From Candidatus Multivoradales bacterium (GTDB taxonomy: Bacteria; Acidobacteriota; Thermoanaerobaculia; Multivoradales; J023): 64,000 bases of DNA. The notes beneath the pieces are model-generated. The model did no database searches. It was not told the DNA's origin and saw nothing but the letters and a program-made list of their open reading frames with translations. The stretch lies in contig CBDFLE010000005.1 in NCBI GenBank assembly GCA_965248925.1, positions 384,001-448,000 on the forward strand, given 5' to 3'. A program made the translations under genes and the position numbers. Below are positions 18,894 to 29,614 of the stretch, one piece after another (the first letter of the stretch is position 1; each line of letters starts with the position of its first letter).

Positions 18894-19514
18894 CTATTTA
18901 TTGCGGATTGCCCCCCACTAGCTCGAGATCGAAGGCGAGTCCAGCGGTCTCGGTGGCATGGCGGTGGACCTCGACCTCTAGCGAATTCTCGCCAATTTGC
19001 AGGTCGCTAGCGGCGATTGGAAACCCAATGTAGAGTCCCAGTGGCCGCCTCGTGGGTAATGCCAGGGTGCAGCGATCCACTGTCGCAGGCAGCGGTGGCA
19101 TGAAGGCACGTAGAACCTCCACGCCGTTGATGTAGACGACTGCTCCATCGTCTGCCAGCAGGAAAAGATTGTAGCTGGCGTAGGCGTTGGGATCCGAAAC
19201 CTGGAAGTCCCGCCTGAAGTAGACCGTCCGCCGCTGCTCTTCCTCGTCGTCACAGAACGCTTCCGGTGCATCTGTGTCGACCGCAGAGGTGGCGGCGCAG
19301 GCTTCCGGGTCGTCCGGGCCACAGGTCGGGCCCGACGGGCCGAACGTGGCGGTGTTGCCAAAAGGAGCTTCGCTCTTATCCCAACCGGACTCTTTGTACG
19401 CTTCTTCGAACCACTGACGAAGACTATTGTCCAGCACTGCTGTCCAAGATAACTCTGACTGAAGCCTGAGTGGCCGGAATGTGTCAATGAAAGTGAGACA
19501 CTTTCTTCTGGGAA

Positions 19515-20636
19515 TTAGTACGGAATCGGTAGTGGCTCCGGCACCATCGCTTTCAGCGAGGGCGCGCAGCCAGGGGTCTCGCCTGGTGCGTCGTTGTGTA
19601 CGCGGTGTGTCACTACGTTCTCGGTATCGACTGGGTCAGTGCTGGCGGCGGTGGTCGGCGGGTTGATCCAGACCTTGTCACTGGGCTCCGGCAAAGCCGG
19701 CGCTCGCCGCTTGAAGCGGCTTGGATGAGCGGCTGAGGCGGCGGCGAGGACTTCTCGACGTTGCTCCAGTACTGAGGCCGTGAGGCCGTAGTGGACGGTC
19801 TCTGGCGTCAACAAGCCGAGTCCTGTGTGGTAGTGCTGCGTGTTGTACCAGCCGATGAACGAGCGGCAGAATGCTCGTGCATCTTCCAGTGATCCGAAGC
19901 GGTCGGGAAAGCTCGGATGGTACTTGAGCGTCTTGAACTGGGCCTCAGAGAACGGATTGTCGTTGCTCGTGTAGGGCCGGTTCAGCGACCGTGTCATCCC
20001 GAGATCGGCCAGCAGTAGAGCCACTGGCTTGGATGTCATGCTCGAACCGCGGTCCGAGTGCAAGGTAAGTCGATCTCGCTCAACACCTTGCTTCTCAACA
20101 CTGTCGGCGATCAACCGCTTCGCGAGCCCTCCGGACTCGCGGCAGGCGAGCATCCAGCCGACGATGTAGCGGCTGAAGACGTCCAGAATTACGTAAAGGT
20201 AGTAGTGGGTCCACTTCACCGGGCCCTTGAGCTTGGTGATGTCCCACGACCACACCTCGTTCGGCCCTGTGGCCAGCAGTTCGGGCTTGGTGTAGTTGGG
20301 ATGACGCCGCTGACGGCGTCGCTCGCGCAGCTCGCCCTCAGACTCCAGGACCCGGTACATGGTGCGCACCGAGCAGATATGGCGCTGATCCTCGTCCAGC
20401 AGCGCCGCCCAGACTTGACGCGGCGAGCGGTCGACGAAGCGCTCCGAGTGCAACACATCGAGGACCTCCTGGCGTTCAGCGGGCGTCAATGCCAGCGGCG
20501 GTCGAGGCCGCGTTGATAGCTGCGGCCCTGCGCTCTGCTGCCGACGGCGGCGATAGAAAGTGGCTCTGGGGACCGCCAAGGCGACGCAGGCTGCTTGCAC
20601 CCCCACCGTCTCGGCCAGCGGCGCCACAGCGCTCAT
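19515..20636 (-). CDS. IS3-like DDE transposase OrfB
   Basis: WSWDITKL, LHSDRGSSM, NDNPFSEAQFKTLK. Confidence 0.92.
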   Translation of the reverse strand: MSAVAPLAETVGVQAACVALAVPRATFYRRRRQQSAGPQLSTRPRPPLALTPAERQEVLDVLHSERFVDRSPRQVWAALLDEDQRHICSVRTMYRVLESEGELRERRRQRRHPNYTKPELLATGPNEVWSWDITKLKGPVKWTHYYLYVILDVFSRYIVGWMLACRESGGLAKRLIADSVEKQGVERDRLTLHSDRGSSMTSKPVALLLADLGMTRSLNRPYTSNDNPFSEAQFKTLKYHPSFPDRFGSLEDARAFCRSFIGWYNTQHYHTGLGLLTPETVHYGLTASVLEQRREVLAAASAAHPSRFKRRAPALPEPSDKVWINPPTTAASTDPVDTENVVTHRVHNDAPGETPGCAPSLKAMVPEPLPIPY

Positions 20637-21046
20637 GGCTGGCTCTCGCTCGGCTCGATCCCTAGCAGCCGGGAAAGTTTTTTTTGGACATCGATGATCG
20701 TCTCGGCTTTGTACAGCTGATGCTTGAGCCGGGCATTCTCACGCTCAAGCTCCGCGACGCGGCGGGCCTCGGCAGAGACCGGTCGACGCTTGCGACCGCG
20801 CTTCTTCGACAGACCGGCCAGAGCTCCCGTGTCGCGCTGACGGCGCCACGTCGACAGTAGCGAGGAATACAGACCCTCCTGGCGAAGCAGGGCGCCAATC
20901 TCGCCGGGCTTGCTACAGGCGTCGGCGGCCTGGACGATGCGCAGCTTGTACGACGCGCTGTACCGCCGCCGCTTCGCCTTCTCAGCTACCTCGGGATCTG
21001 GTCGGTCAGCACCCATATCTCGCAGCTCGTGGCTTGGACTCGCCAT
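20633..21046 (-). CDS. IS3-like OrfA (HTH plus coiled coil)
   Basis: RRRYSASYKLRIV..GALLRQEGLYSS; A8C slippery run at 20678-20685 leads into the open -1 frame of orfB. Confidence 0.88.
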   Translation of the reverse strand: MASPSHELRDMGADRPDPEVAEKAKRRRYSASYKLRIVQAADACSKPGEIGALLRQEGLYSSLLSTWRRQRDTGALAGLSKKRGRKRRPVSAEARRVAELERENARLKHQLYKAETIIDVQKKLSRLLGIEPSESQP

Positions 21047-24000
21047 GGTGATTGCTCTCCACACCCTCACTAATTTCTCGGTACTTGAGTGTCTCACTTA
21101 CATTGGCACAGAGGGGGCCCGTGAAATGGGTCTTGAGGGGCACTGAAGGGCACTGAGTGAGGTCAAGGTCTCCATTTCTCAAGAAACCAGCTGTCCAAGA
21201 CCCGGCAGGTCTAGTTGGAAATGCTCCGGTGCTGTGTTCTCTGGTGGTGTCCCGAACGGTTCATCGAGCCAATCGCGCAAGTCCCGATAAGTGAAGAGGT
21301 TCAGTCGTAGCATCGATGCAAGATTCGAAAATGACCACCCCGCCTTGGAGATTATCTTGGACAGCAGTGCGAGTAGTTGATGCGATAGTCGTCGCTTTTG
21401 TCTGCGGTTACTGCGTTGTCGTGATCGTGATTTCCAGAGACCAAGATCAGCGGAATCGACTTGTCGAGTCGGCCGATCCGGTCAAAGAAGGTGTCGCGCT
21501 GCAGCTGATTGTTACGGCTGTTGGTCATATCGCCGACGATGGCTACGAAGGCTGGTTGTAGAGCGTTGGCCCTGTCCACCGCGCGGTCGAGTTGTCGCGC
21601 TTCGAGCAGATAGGGGTCGGCCTTGGGCTTTAAGACACCAAATTGAGGGTCGGCGATGATCATGAAGGAGAAGGTTCCCTGGTACTTGGTGACCTGAGTG
21701 CATGCGCATCGGGTCTCTGATCCTTTGTCAGCAGGCGTTGGCTAGTGCTCAGCTGCCGGGGATCGATGCTCAAGGAGAAGAACCAATCCCCCAGGTCCCA
21801 CTCAGTACCGCCTCCGGCCTGCTCGGGCACCAGGTATTCGAGCCGGTCGTCGACCCCGTCGAGCCACAAGCCCTTGCCACGGTAGCCACCGGCGGCAATC
21901 GGCTCGGCGCGGGCGCCGCCCAGCAGGTAGCCAAACGCGGGTAGGTTCCAGCGTGTCGCGGCGGCGTAGTTGGCGATGTGGGCGGGGAATTGGAAGCCCT
22001 CCCCATCCACCCGACCGGTGTAGACAAAACCATCCTGAAAGCGCCCAGCGTCGGGACGAGTAGCGTTGATTGCCACACCCATCGAGGCGACGATCAGCGC
22101 CGCCGGATCGGTGACATCGTCAAACGCCACCTCGTCGGTCTGCCCCTGGGACGACAACTGCCACACCACCTCCCGCGGCCGGTCGGGCCGCAGATCTGGG
22201 TCGAAGGAGAACTGGTTCTCAAGCGAGTTGATCAAGGTTCGGGCTGAGGGCCCCACCTCGCTGCCCGCCGGTACATCACTGTAGAGGCGTAGCAGTCGAT
22301 GGAATGGGGCGCCCATGGGCACAGTGGCGTCGACATTGTTGTTGCGTGAATCGGGACTGAACATCTTGCCCTGAGTCCATAGCCCGACCAGGGTGAGCCC
22401 GACCCGTGGCAGGTGGTCGGTGAGGTCTTCGACTTCTTGCCGGGTCGTGGGATGCAGCGGTTGGTTGCCGTTGCATGAGCCGCCGCAGGGAATCTGCGCC
22501 TGGGTGCCGTAGAAGGGATGGCCCACGACCTCGAACTTCTCCCGCGCGACCTCATTCTCATCAACATAGAACAAGGTCGATTGACCGAGCATGAACATCA
22601 GATTGTCGCCATCGCGGTCGATCCAGGGGTAGCCGGCCCGAACCTGATGGTTGCCAGGCACGCTGGGCGACAGTTCCTGGTTCTCGAAGTCCCGCAGGGG
22701 GAACTTGGCGACGCCGTAATCCGCCATCAGCGGGTCGTCGTGCATTTCGTAGATGTGATTGAACGACGACCACTGGCTGATGTCGCAAGCCTCCTCGCTC
22801 TGCGGTATCACCGAGTAGCGAATCATGCCGTCCCCCTGGATGACCAATAGCCGGCCGTCGCCAGTGATGTTGGGTTCGAGAATCTGTCGCGGCTCACCGG
22901 CTGGGAAGGGCGCTATCTGTGGGCTGCTGAGGACCTGCACGTCGACGACGAGGGCGCGGTTGGTCAGCGAATTGACGCCGTTGGTGCCGGCCCGCTTGGG
23001 ATTGGCCACCACCACCCGCACTGGTGTCGCCCACAGCTCGTCTTGGGTGCCGGTGTCGTAAACAGTGACCACGACCAGGTTGTAGCAATCATGGTCACCG
23101 CTACTCGACGGGTTGCCGCTGGCGTCGCAGGCCGAGGGATTGCTCTGCCGGCCGGGAACGCTCTGCTGCCGGTTGACTTGGGCGAAGGGGCCGCTACCTT
23201 GGTGAGGATCACAGAGGGCGGTTGATCGGCCCTCGAAGGCGCCGCCGCTGGTGGTGATGGCGTGGAAGGCGGTCGCGCCTACATCAAAGCCATAGAGCGA
23301 GCCCCAGGATCCCTCCTCGTAGCTGCGGTCCTTGCCAGGCAGCTGCTGCTGACTGATGGGCCGGTCGAAGATCTCCGGCGTCTGCACGCGGAATTGCAGC
23401 CCCGCGCCTTGTTGCACCACGAGCAAGCGACCGTCGAAGGATAAGGAGCGGTTGCTGGCCAATGAAGTGTGGACCCGCGCGGCTTGGTATTTCAGCGTCG
23501 CGCCGCCTTGGCCGCTGCTGAGATCGAGCTGGCGGTCGAGCACATCCAGCGGCAACGCTGGTGATTGGGGCAGTACCGAGTTGGCGTTCCACGGCAACTG
23601 CGGCTCAACGCAGCCGACTCTGACTTTGGTGCCCTTCTCGCTGGGGCCGAAACCGCCTCTCAAGGTGCTGTCCTCAGTTTGGCAGAGAGACGCCATGGCT
23701 TGGCGGCAAGCGGTCGAGACCGTGGTCGAGGAAAGATCGCAGCCAGCGACCAGATTCTCGACATCGGCCACTGACTCTAAGAAGGTGGTTCCAGCGCTGT
23801 CCTTGACGCAGGCGACCACGGCGATCGTTGAGTTCTGCTCCTGGGGTCCGAAACCGGTGGAGAAGCCCACCTGGTCGTTACAAAAGCGGTGGATTGCGAC
23901 GCTACATTTTCGGTTTGCTTGCGCTGAGTTACAGCCGTTGAAATAGCCCTGGAGCACTTCATGTTTGGGCGAGAAGGTGAGGGCCGCCGACGGCGTCACA

Positions 24001-24560
24001 CAGGTGATGTCGACTAAGTTGAAATCGCCACTGTTCTCGACTCCCCAGCCACTGACATGTCCTTTGGCGGTGCAGAAGCGGTGGATGCCGGTATTGCATC
24101 CCTGGCTGGTCAGCGCTGCGCCGGTGCCGCAAGGGGAGGGTGGCCGCCATCGTCCAAACAGCCATTCAGATCCGCCAGGCAAGCACGGTCGATCTGGTAT
24201 TCCACCGCTGCGATATTGCTGTAGACGGTGTCGAAGTCGTTAGCGCCGAATGGCGTGGCGGTGGCTGCCGTGGTGGCCGTGAGAAAAGCTGACAAAGAAG
24301 TGAAGACCAAGGATGAATGACGCATAGACCTCATGGATTGACTCCCTACCGTTGAAGTGCTCCTGCTGCCGGACCGGCTAGCGAAGATGCTGCGAGGACA
24401 CTCGAACGCAAGCTTGGGGCCAAGTGGGTCGCCGTCTTCAATGAGTTGATAACAAGGGAGTTACCAGGGAAGGGGCGGCTGGATGTTGGAACGACGACGG
24501 GCTGCACGGCGGCGTGCAGCCCGTAAGTCAAACCGTGCAACTGGAAGGGGGAAGCGAGGG

Positions 24561-26615
24561 TCAGATCAAATCAGCGTCGGTCATCACCTCGACCGTCGCC
24601 GGGCCGTCGTAGGCCAGGGCGCGGTCGATGGCCTTGAGCAGCTGGCCGGTTTCTTCGACGCGAATTCCCAAGCCGCCGCAGGAGGTGACGTAGTCGGCGA
24701 TGTTGGGATTGGTCAAGCCGGTTTGCCACACCGACCAATGGCCGGCTTTCTGCTCTTTGCTGATCTTGCCCAGCTCGTTGTTATTGAGCAGCACATGGGT
24801 AATGTTCATGCCGTGTCGCACGGCGGTGTTGACTTCCCACGGATATTGGCCGAAGCCGCCGTCGCCGGTGACGCAGACGATTGGCCGGTCGGCGAACTGC
24901 CGCCAGAATGCGTCTTTGCTCAGGCGGTGGGCGCGGCTCGCCGCCCAGGCACCCATTGCCGCCGGGTAGCCGAAACCGATCGAGCCCAGATAGCCCGACA
25001 TCAGCACCGCCTGGCGGCCGCTGGCTTCGAAGTAGCGGCCGAAGCTGTAGGTGTTGTTGCCGACGTCGACGGCGATGATCGCGTCGGCCGGGATGCGCCT
25101 GTTCATGGCGTCGAAGACCGCTATCGAGCTGACCCCTTCTGAGGAGGTGTCGCGCAAGCGGCTGCTCTTCTCGGCGCGCCAGATTTGCCAACGCTCGGCA
25201 ATCTCGGATCGCTGGTCGATGGCTGAGTGGTGGCCGCCTACGGCGGCGAGCATCTCCTGGGCGGTCTCGCCGATCTCCCCCCACAGTGGACAGTCGATGG
25301 CGTGGAAGCGGGCCAGCTGGCCGCGGTCGTTGTCGACTTGGATGGTGGGTTTCTTGGGGGTGATGCCGGTGTGGTTGCTGAAGGAAGCGCCGAACACCAG
25401 CAGGGCATCGCACTCGTTCATGAACCAGCTGGCGATCGGCGTGCCGGAGCGGCCGAGCACGCCACCGCCCTGGGGATGGCCGAGGCGGTCGGGCATTTGC
25501 GGATCAGGGCAGTCGCCGAGGATGCCCTTGGCTTTGAAAGTGGTCAGCACCGGGCAACACAGTTCCTCGGCCAGGGCCAGCACCGCCGTCATTTCGAAGC
25601 GGGCACCGTGACCGACGACGATCAGCGGACGCCGGGCGCCGCGCAGCAGCTCAACGGCCGCGGCTAGCTGGTCGGCCGGTGGTCGGATGCGGACATCGCC
25701 CAAGCGGCCTTCACTGCTGCCGGCCTTGGCGTCTGGCGCTGCCGGTTGGGTCTGGGTGTCATCGGGAAAGATAATGTGCGCCACCTGACGTTCGATCAAT
25801 GAGGTCTTGATCGCCAAGCCCATCAGCTCGGCATGGTTCGAGCCCGGCAAGCAGATGTGGCTGAAGGCGGTCACCGCGGAGAAGGCATCTTTGAGCGGCA
25901 GCTCCTGGAAAGCACCCGGTCCGAAGACCTGCTGGGTCACCTGGCCGGTCAGGGCGAGCAAGGGTGCCCGGTCGACCTTGGCATCCCAGCAGCCGGTGTA
26001 GAGGTTGGTGGCACCCGGTCCGGCGATGGTCAGGCAGGCCGCCGGCCGGCCAGTGAGTTTGCCGAAAGCGCTGGCGGCGAAGGCGGCGGCGCCCTCGTGG
26101 CGGATGGCGATGAACTCCAACTCCTCGACCTCACAACGGCGGCGGATGGCATCGGCCAAGCCGAGATTGGAGTGCCCGACCATGCCGAAGACGTGGGTCA
26201 TGCCCCAGCCCACCATGGTCTCGGCCATCACGTCGGTGACGGTCCGCTGATGCTCGCCGATTTCTTCCAGGCCGACGTAAACATCGCCGTTGCGTATCTG
26301 CACCGGATAGGTTGGCACCCCGTCGTCGTAGCCTCCCGGCGGCTTGCCGGTCAGCGGGTCGAAATCCCAACCATGCCAGGGACAGCGCAGATAGCAGTCG
26401 CCCTGATCGTCGCATTCGATCGAACCTTCGCCGAGGGGCCCCCCTTGGTGCGGACAGTGGTTGTCGAGGGCCGACCATTTGCCATTGACATGGGTCAGGC
26501 AGACTTGCAGCACTGAATCCTGCCGGCTGATGCTGACAGTCTTCACCCGGCCGTCGGGCAGATCCTCGACGCGGCCGACCTTGTGCCAAGTGATTTCGAT
26601 GGTGCTTTGGGGCAT
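24561..26615 (-). CDS. Rieske-fused thiamine-diphosphate enzyme (pyruvate oxidase/ALS family)
   Basis: Rieske CPHQGG and CPWHGW; RHEGAAAFAA; TGDGGF...LLNNN ThDP motif. Confidence 0.9.
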   Translation of the reverse strand: MPQSTIEITWHKVGRVEDLPDGRVKTVSISRQDSVLQVCLTHVNGKWSALDNHCPHQGGPLGEGSIECDDQGDCYLRCPWHGWDFDPLTGKPPGGYDDGVPTYPVQIRNGDVYVGLEEIGEHQRTVTDVMAETMVGWGMTHVFGMVGHSNLGLADAIRRRCEVEELEFIAIRHEGAAAFAASAFGKLTGRPAACLTIAGPGATNLYTGCWDAKVDRAPLLALTGQVTQQVFGPGAFQELPLKDAFSAVTAFSHICLPGSNHAELMGLAIKTSLIERQVAHIIFPDDTQTQPAAPDAKAGSSEGRLGDVRIRPPADQLAAAVELLRGARRPLIVVGHGARFEMTAVLALAEELCCPVLTTFKAKGILGDCPDPQMPDRLGHPQGGGVLGRSGTPIASWFMNECDALLVFGASFSNHTGITPKKPTIQVDNDRGQLARFHAIDCPLWGEIGETAQEMLAAVGGHHSAIDQRSEIAERWQIWRAEKSSRLRDTSSEGVSSIAVFDAMNRRIPADAIIAVDVGNNTYSFGRYFEASGRQAVLMSGYLGSIGFGYPAAMGAWAASRAHRLSKDAFWRQFADRPIVCVTGDGGFGQYPWEVNTAVRHGMNITHVLLNNNELGKISKEQKAGHWSVWQTGLTNPNIADYVTSCGGLGIRVEETGQLLKAIDRALAYDGPATVEVMTDADLI

Positions 26616-26621
26616 GGAAGG

Positions 26622-27926
26622 TTACTCCTGCGAAATGGGCTCGTCCTGGAGGACGCTTTTTCGGACTGGGTGGTCGGCCATCGCGGCTTCGGGAACGGTG
26701 CGATGGGTACGGGTGAAAATGCGGGTCAGGGGCGCCGCGGTCATGCCATGGGCTAGCACGCTGAGCAGGACGGTGAGCATCACCACCTCGACAATCTCTT
26801 CACTGTGCGGCACATGCAGCTCTTCGAGCAGCAGAATGGCGAAGAGGATCGAAGCTAGCCCACGGGGGCCAAACCAGCCGATGTAGAGCTTGGTCGAGCG
26901 GTCGTAGCCCGAGCCGAGCAGGGCCAGCGCCACCGGCAGCATGCGGATCACTGTCAAACTGAGCAGGGCATAGATCCAAGCCGACAGCGGCGCGCTGGCC
27001 AGCGTTGGCCCGGCGATCACCAGGCCAACCAGGAAGAAGGTCACCAACATCAGTAGTTGTGCCTCGGCTTCGGCGAAGTCCCATAGGCAGGAGCAGATCT
27101 CCTTTGAGGTGTTGCCCAACACCAGGCCAGCGACAAAGGTGGCGATGAAGCCATTGCCGCCGATCGCCGAAGCGCCGGTGTAGGCGATCAGCGCGATGGC
27201 CAGCCCGGCGATCTCCTGGTAGGCGTGGCTCATTGCTCGGTGGCGTAGCGCCAAGCCCATGGCGGCGGCCGCCAACATGCCGATCCCCAACCCGGCCAGA
27301 GGGCCGAGGAGGATCTGTTTGGCGACAAAACTAAAGCAATGCAGCGGGGTCATGATCTCTTCGTTGACCATCTGGCCGATGCTGGCCAGTGAGGCGAAGA
27401 TCACCACTAGCGGTACGGCGATGCCATCGTTAAGGCCGCTCTCAGCGCTGAGCCCCTGGCGAATGGGCAAGGGAACCGCCTTGCTCGATACCACCGCTTG
27501 GCCCAGGGCGGCGTCGGTGGGGGCCAGGATGGCGCCGATCAGGGCCATCTCCCAGGGACCCAGACCAGGCACCAGAGGCGCCGCCGCGGCCGCGCCCAGG
27601 GCGACGGTCAAGGGCATGCCGATCGACAGCAAGCGCAGCGGCAGGCCAGCGCCGCGGCGCAGCGCGCCGACATCGATCTGTGCCGCGTCGGTGAACAGCA
27701 CGACAATCAGGGTGAGCTCGCCAAGCAGATGGATCACCGGCTCCAGATGCTTGCCATCGCCAAAGGGAGAGGGGATACCGAACATCTCCAGCACCTGGGG
27801 CGCCAGCAGCATGCCGAAGCCGACGAAGGCCAGTGGCGGGGTGATCACGCCGTGCCCTAGCCGACGCGATAACAAGCCAAAGCCGAAAATCAGAATGGCC
27901 AGCGTGAGCATCGCGGTTTCTTGCAT
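26622..27926 (-). CDS. Cation:proton antiporter (CPA1/NhaP-like)
   Basis: LAPTDAAL, ESGLNDG, WFGPRGLAS; many TM helices. Confidence 0.9.
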   Translation of the reverse strand: MQETAMLTLAILIFGFGLLSRRLGHGVITPPLAFVGFGMLLAPQVLEMFGIPSPFGDGKHLEPVIHLLGELTLIVVLFTDAAQIDVGALRRGAGLPLRLLSIGMPLTVALGAAAAAPLVPGLGPWEMALIGAILAPTDAALGQAVVSSKAVPLPIRQGLSAESGLNDGIAVPLVVIFASLASIGQMVNEEIMTPLHCFSFVAKQILLGPLAGLGIGMLAAAAMGLALRHRAMSHAYQEIAGLAIALIAYTGASAIGGNGFIATFVAGLVLGNTSKEICSCLWDFAEAEAQLLMLVTFFLVGLVIAGPTLASAPLSAWIYALLSLTVIRMLPVALALLGSGYDRSTKLYIGWFGPRGLASILFAILLLEELHVPHSEEIVEVVMLTVLLSVLAHGMTAAPLTRIFTRTHRTVPEAAMADHPVRKSVLQDEPISQE

Positions 27927-27988
27927 TCGCCCTCCTGGGTGGTTGCGATCAATCTCTTCAAAGTCTCGGGTCGGGCATGGCGACCCGA

Positions 27989-29614
27989 TCAGCCACCAGC
28001 GTAGGACACTCCGGTGAGATCCGCCAATTCTCGTTTCCAGCTGCTCAGGTCATTGATCGAAAAGCCACTCAGGGAGTCGTGGCCACAAGCCCGCGCCAAC
28101 ACTTCGAGCAGCTCGGTGGAAGCAGCAAAGAAGCGAGCCAAGCGCTGCGCCGACGAATCGATCAGCAAGCGGGCGCGCAGGTTTGGCTTCTGGGTGGCGA
28201 TGCCCACTGGACAATTGTTGGTGTTGCAGGCCCGCATGCCGAGGCAGCCGATCGCTTGCAAGGCGGCGTTGGAGAGGGCGATGGCATCGGCGCCGAGGGC
28301 CAGCGCCTTGGCGAAGTCGGCCGGGGTGCGCAGACCGCCGGTGATCACCAAAGTGGTGTCGGGGCTGACCTTATCCAGGTGACGACGGGCGCGCCCCAGA
28401 GCCGGAATGGTCGGCACCGAGATGTTGTCGCGGAAGATCAATGGCGCGGCGCCGGTGCCGCCGCCACGGCCATCGAGAATGATGTAGTCGGCCGAAGCTG
28501 CGAGCGCGAAGTCGATATCGGCCTCGATGTGCTGGGCACTGAGCTTGAAGCCGATCGGAATACCACCAGTTATTTCTCGCACCTGGTCGGCAACTTGCTG
28601 GAAGTCTGCTGGGGTGTGGAGATCGGCGAAGGTGGCCGGGCTGATCGCCGGCGTGCCCTCGGGGATGCCCCGAACTTCGGCGATCACGGCGTCGACTTTC
28701 GTTCCCGGCAGATGGCCGCCGGTGCCGGTCTTGGCCCCCTGGCCGCCCTTGAAATGAAACGCCTGGCACTTCGCCACCTTGTCCAGCGAATAACCGAAGC
28801 GTGCCGAAGCCAGCTCGTAGAAGTAGCGGCTGTTGGCCGCTTGCTCCTGCGGCAGCATGCCCCCTTCGCCCGAGCAGATGCCGGTGCCAGCCAACTCGGC
28901 GCCCTGAGCCAGAGCGGTCTTGGCTTCCGCCGACAGGGCGCCGAAGCTCATGTCGCTGACGAATAGAGGGATGTCGAGGATGAGGGGTTTTGCGGCCCGT
29001 GGGCCGATCACCACCTGGGTGTCTACCGGCTCTTCGTCGAGCAGCGGTTGGGTGGCCATCTGTGCGGTGAGGATCTGCAAGTCGTTCCAGCTCGGCAGAT
29101 CTTGGCTTGGTACGCCCATGGCGCCGCTGGGGCCGTGATGACCGAATATCTTCAGACCGTTCTTAGCCAGCTCCTGAATTAGACCGACATGGGGCTCTTC
29201 GACGGCGCCGTGGTGGTCTTGGTAGAGGCCGAGGTATCCCTCGCGGTCGTAGGCTTGGGGATGAATCTTCGCCCAGGCGGCGATCTCGTTCTCATCCACC
29301 CACACCGTGTCATCATCAATCCAAGCGGTGAATTTCCGCAACACCTCAGAGTCTTTGTATTCACTGACCCCGGTGTCGTAGCGATAGTCCCACCCGTGCA
29401 GGCCGCAAATCAAGTTGTCCCCTTCAACGTGGCCATCAGACATCAGCGCGCCGCGGTGCAGGCAGCGGCCGTAGAGCACCGACACCGCATCGTCGTAGCG
29501 GATGACCACCAGGTCGACATTGGCCACCAGGGCGTAGAGAGGTTGGCGATCGGCCAGCTCAGTCCAGGTGGCGACTTTGGCGGCCGAACGAGCCGCGGGT
29601 TGTCCTTCAGCCAT
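27989..29614 (-). CDS. Rieske-fused FMN-binding glutamate synthase family protein
   Basis: Rieske CLHRG and CGLHGW; DMSFGALS, SGEGG, KGGQGAKTGTGGHL, CLGMRACNTNNCP. Confidence 0.9.
   Translation of the reverse strand: MAEGQPAARSAAKVATWTELADRQPLYALVANVDLVVIRYDDAVSVLYGRCLHRGALMSDGHVEGDNLICGLHGWDYRYDTGVSEYKDSEVLRKFTAWIDDDTVWVDENEIAAWAKIHPQAYDREGYLGLYQDHHGAVEEPHVGLIQELAKNGLKIFGHHGPSGAMGVPSQDLPSWNDLQILTAQMATQPLLDEEPVDTQVVIGPRAAKPLILDIPLFVSDMSFGALSAEAKTALAQGAELAGTGICSGEGGMLPQEQAANSRYFYELASARFGYSLDKVAKCQAFHFKGGQGAKTGTGGHLPGTKVDAVIAEVRGIPEGTPAISPATFADLHTPADFQQVADQVREITGGIPIGFKLSAQHIEADIDFALAASADYIILDGRGGGTGAAPLIFRDNISVPTIPALGRARRHLDKVSPDTTLVITGGLRTPADFAKALALGADAIALSNAALQAIGCLGMRACNTNNCPVGIATQKPNLRARLLIDSSAQRLARFFAASTELLEVLARACGHDSLSGFSINDLSSWKRELADLTGVSYAGG

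Larger units (their letters stand above)
19476..21115 (-). mobile_element. IS3-like insertion sequence nested in the IS4 mini-element
   Basis: IRs TGTGTCAATGAAAGTGAGACACT (19480) and TGTGCCAATGTAAGTGAGACACT (ending 21110); GGCC flanks both sides (19472-19475, 21116-21119); orfA/orfB. Confidence 0.85.
19435..21369 (-). mobile_element. IS4-family internally deleted mini-element (about 290 bp without the nested IS)
   Basis: Perfect TIR CACTGCTGTCCAAGATAA at 19435-19452 and 21352-21369; retains only the transposase C-terminus GWSFSNLASMLRLNLFTYRDLRDWLDEPF...LGQLVS* (21349-21179). Confidence 0.7.
18898..24334 (-). pseudogene. Large secreted multidomain protein (Cys-rich repeats, LamG-like start, metallophosphoesterase, C-terminal beta-sandwich), disrupted
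   Basis: Signal peptide at 24334; 1-bp frameshift near 24178; 840-aa ORF; frame break near 21720 into FSFMIIADPQFG..VGDMT..SGNHD; IS insertion; C-terminal TVYFRRDF..ADDGAVVYING..GENSLEVEVH (18898-19434). Confidence 0.7.

Noticed and set aside
11361-24463. Similar AT-rich motifs TTGATTTCAACAAGTTA (11361) and TTGATAACAAGGGAGTTA (24446) as island-end or recombinase sites
   Set aside because: Only loose similarity and no recombinase gene in the window; cannot be supported.
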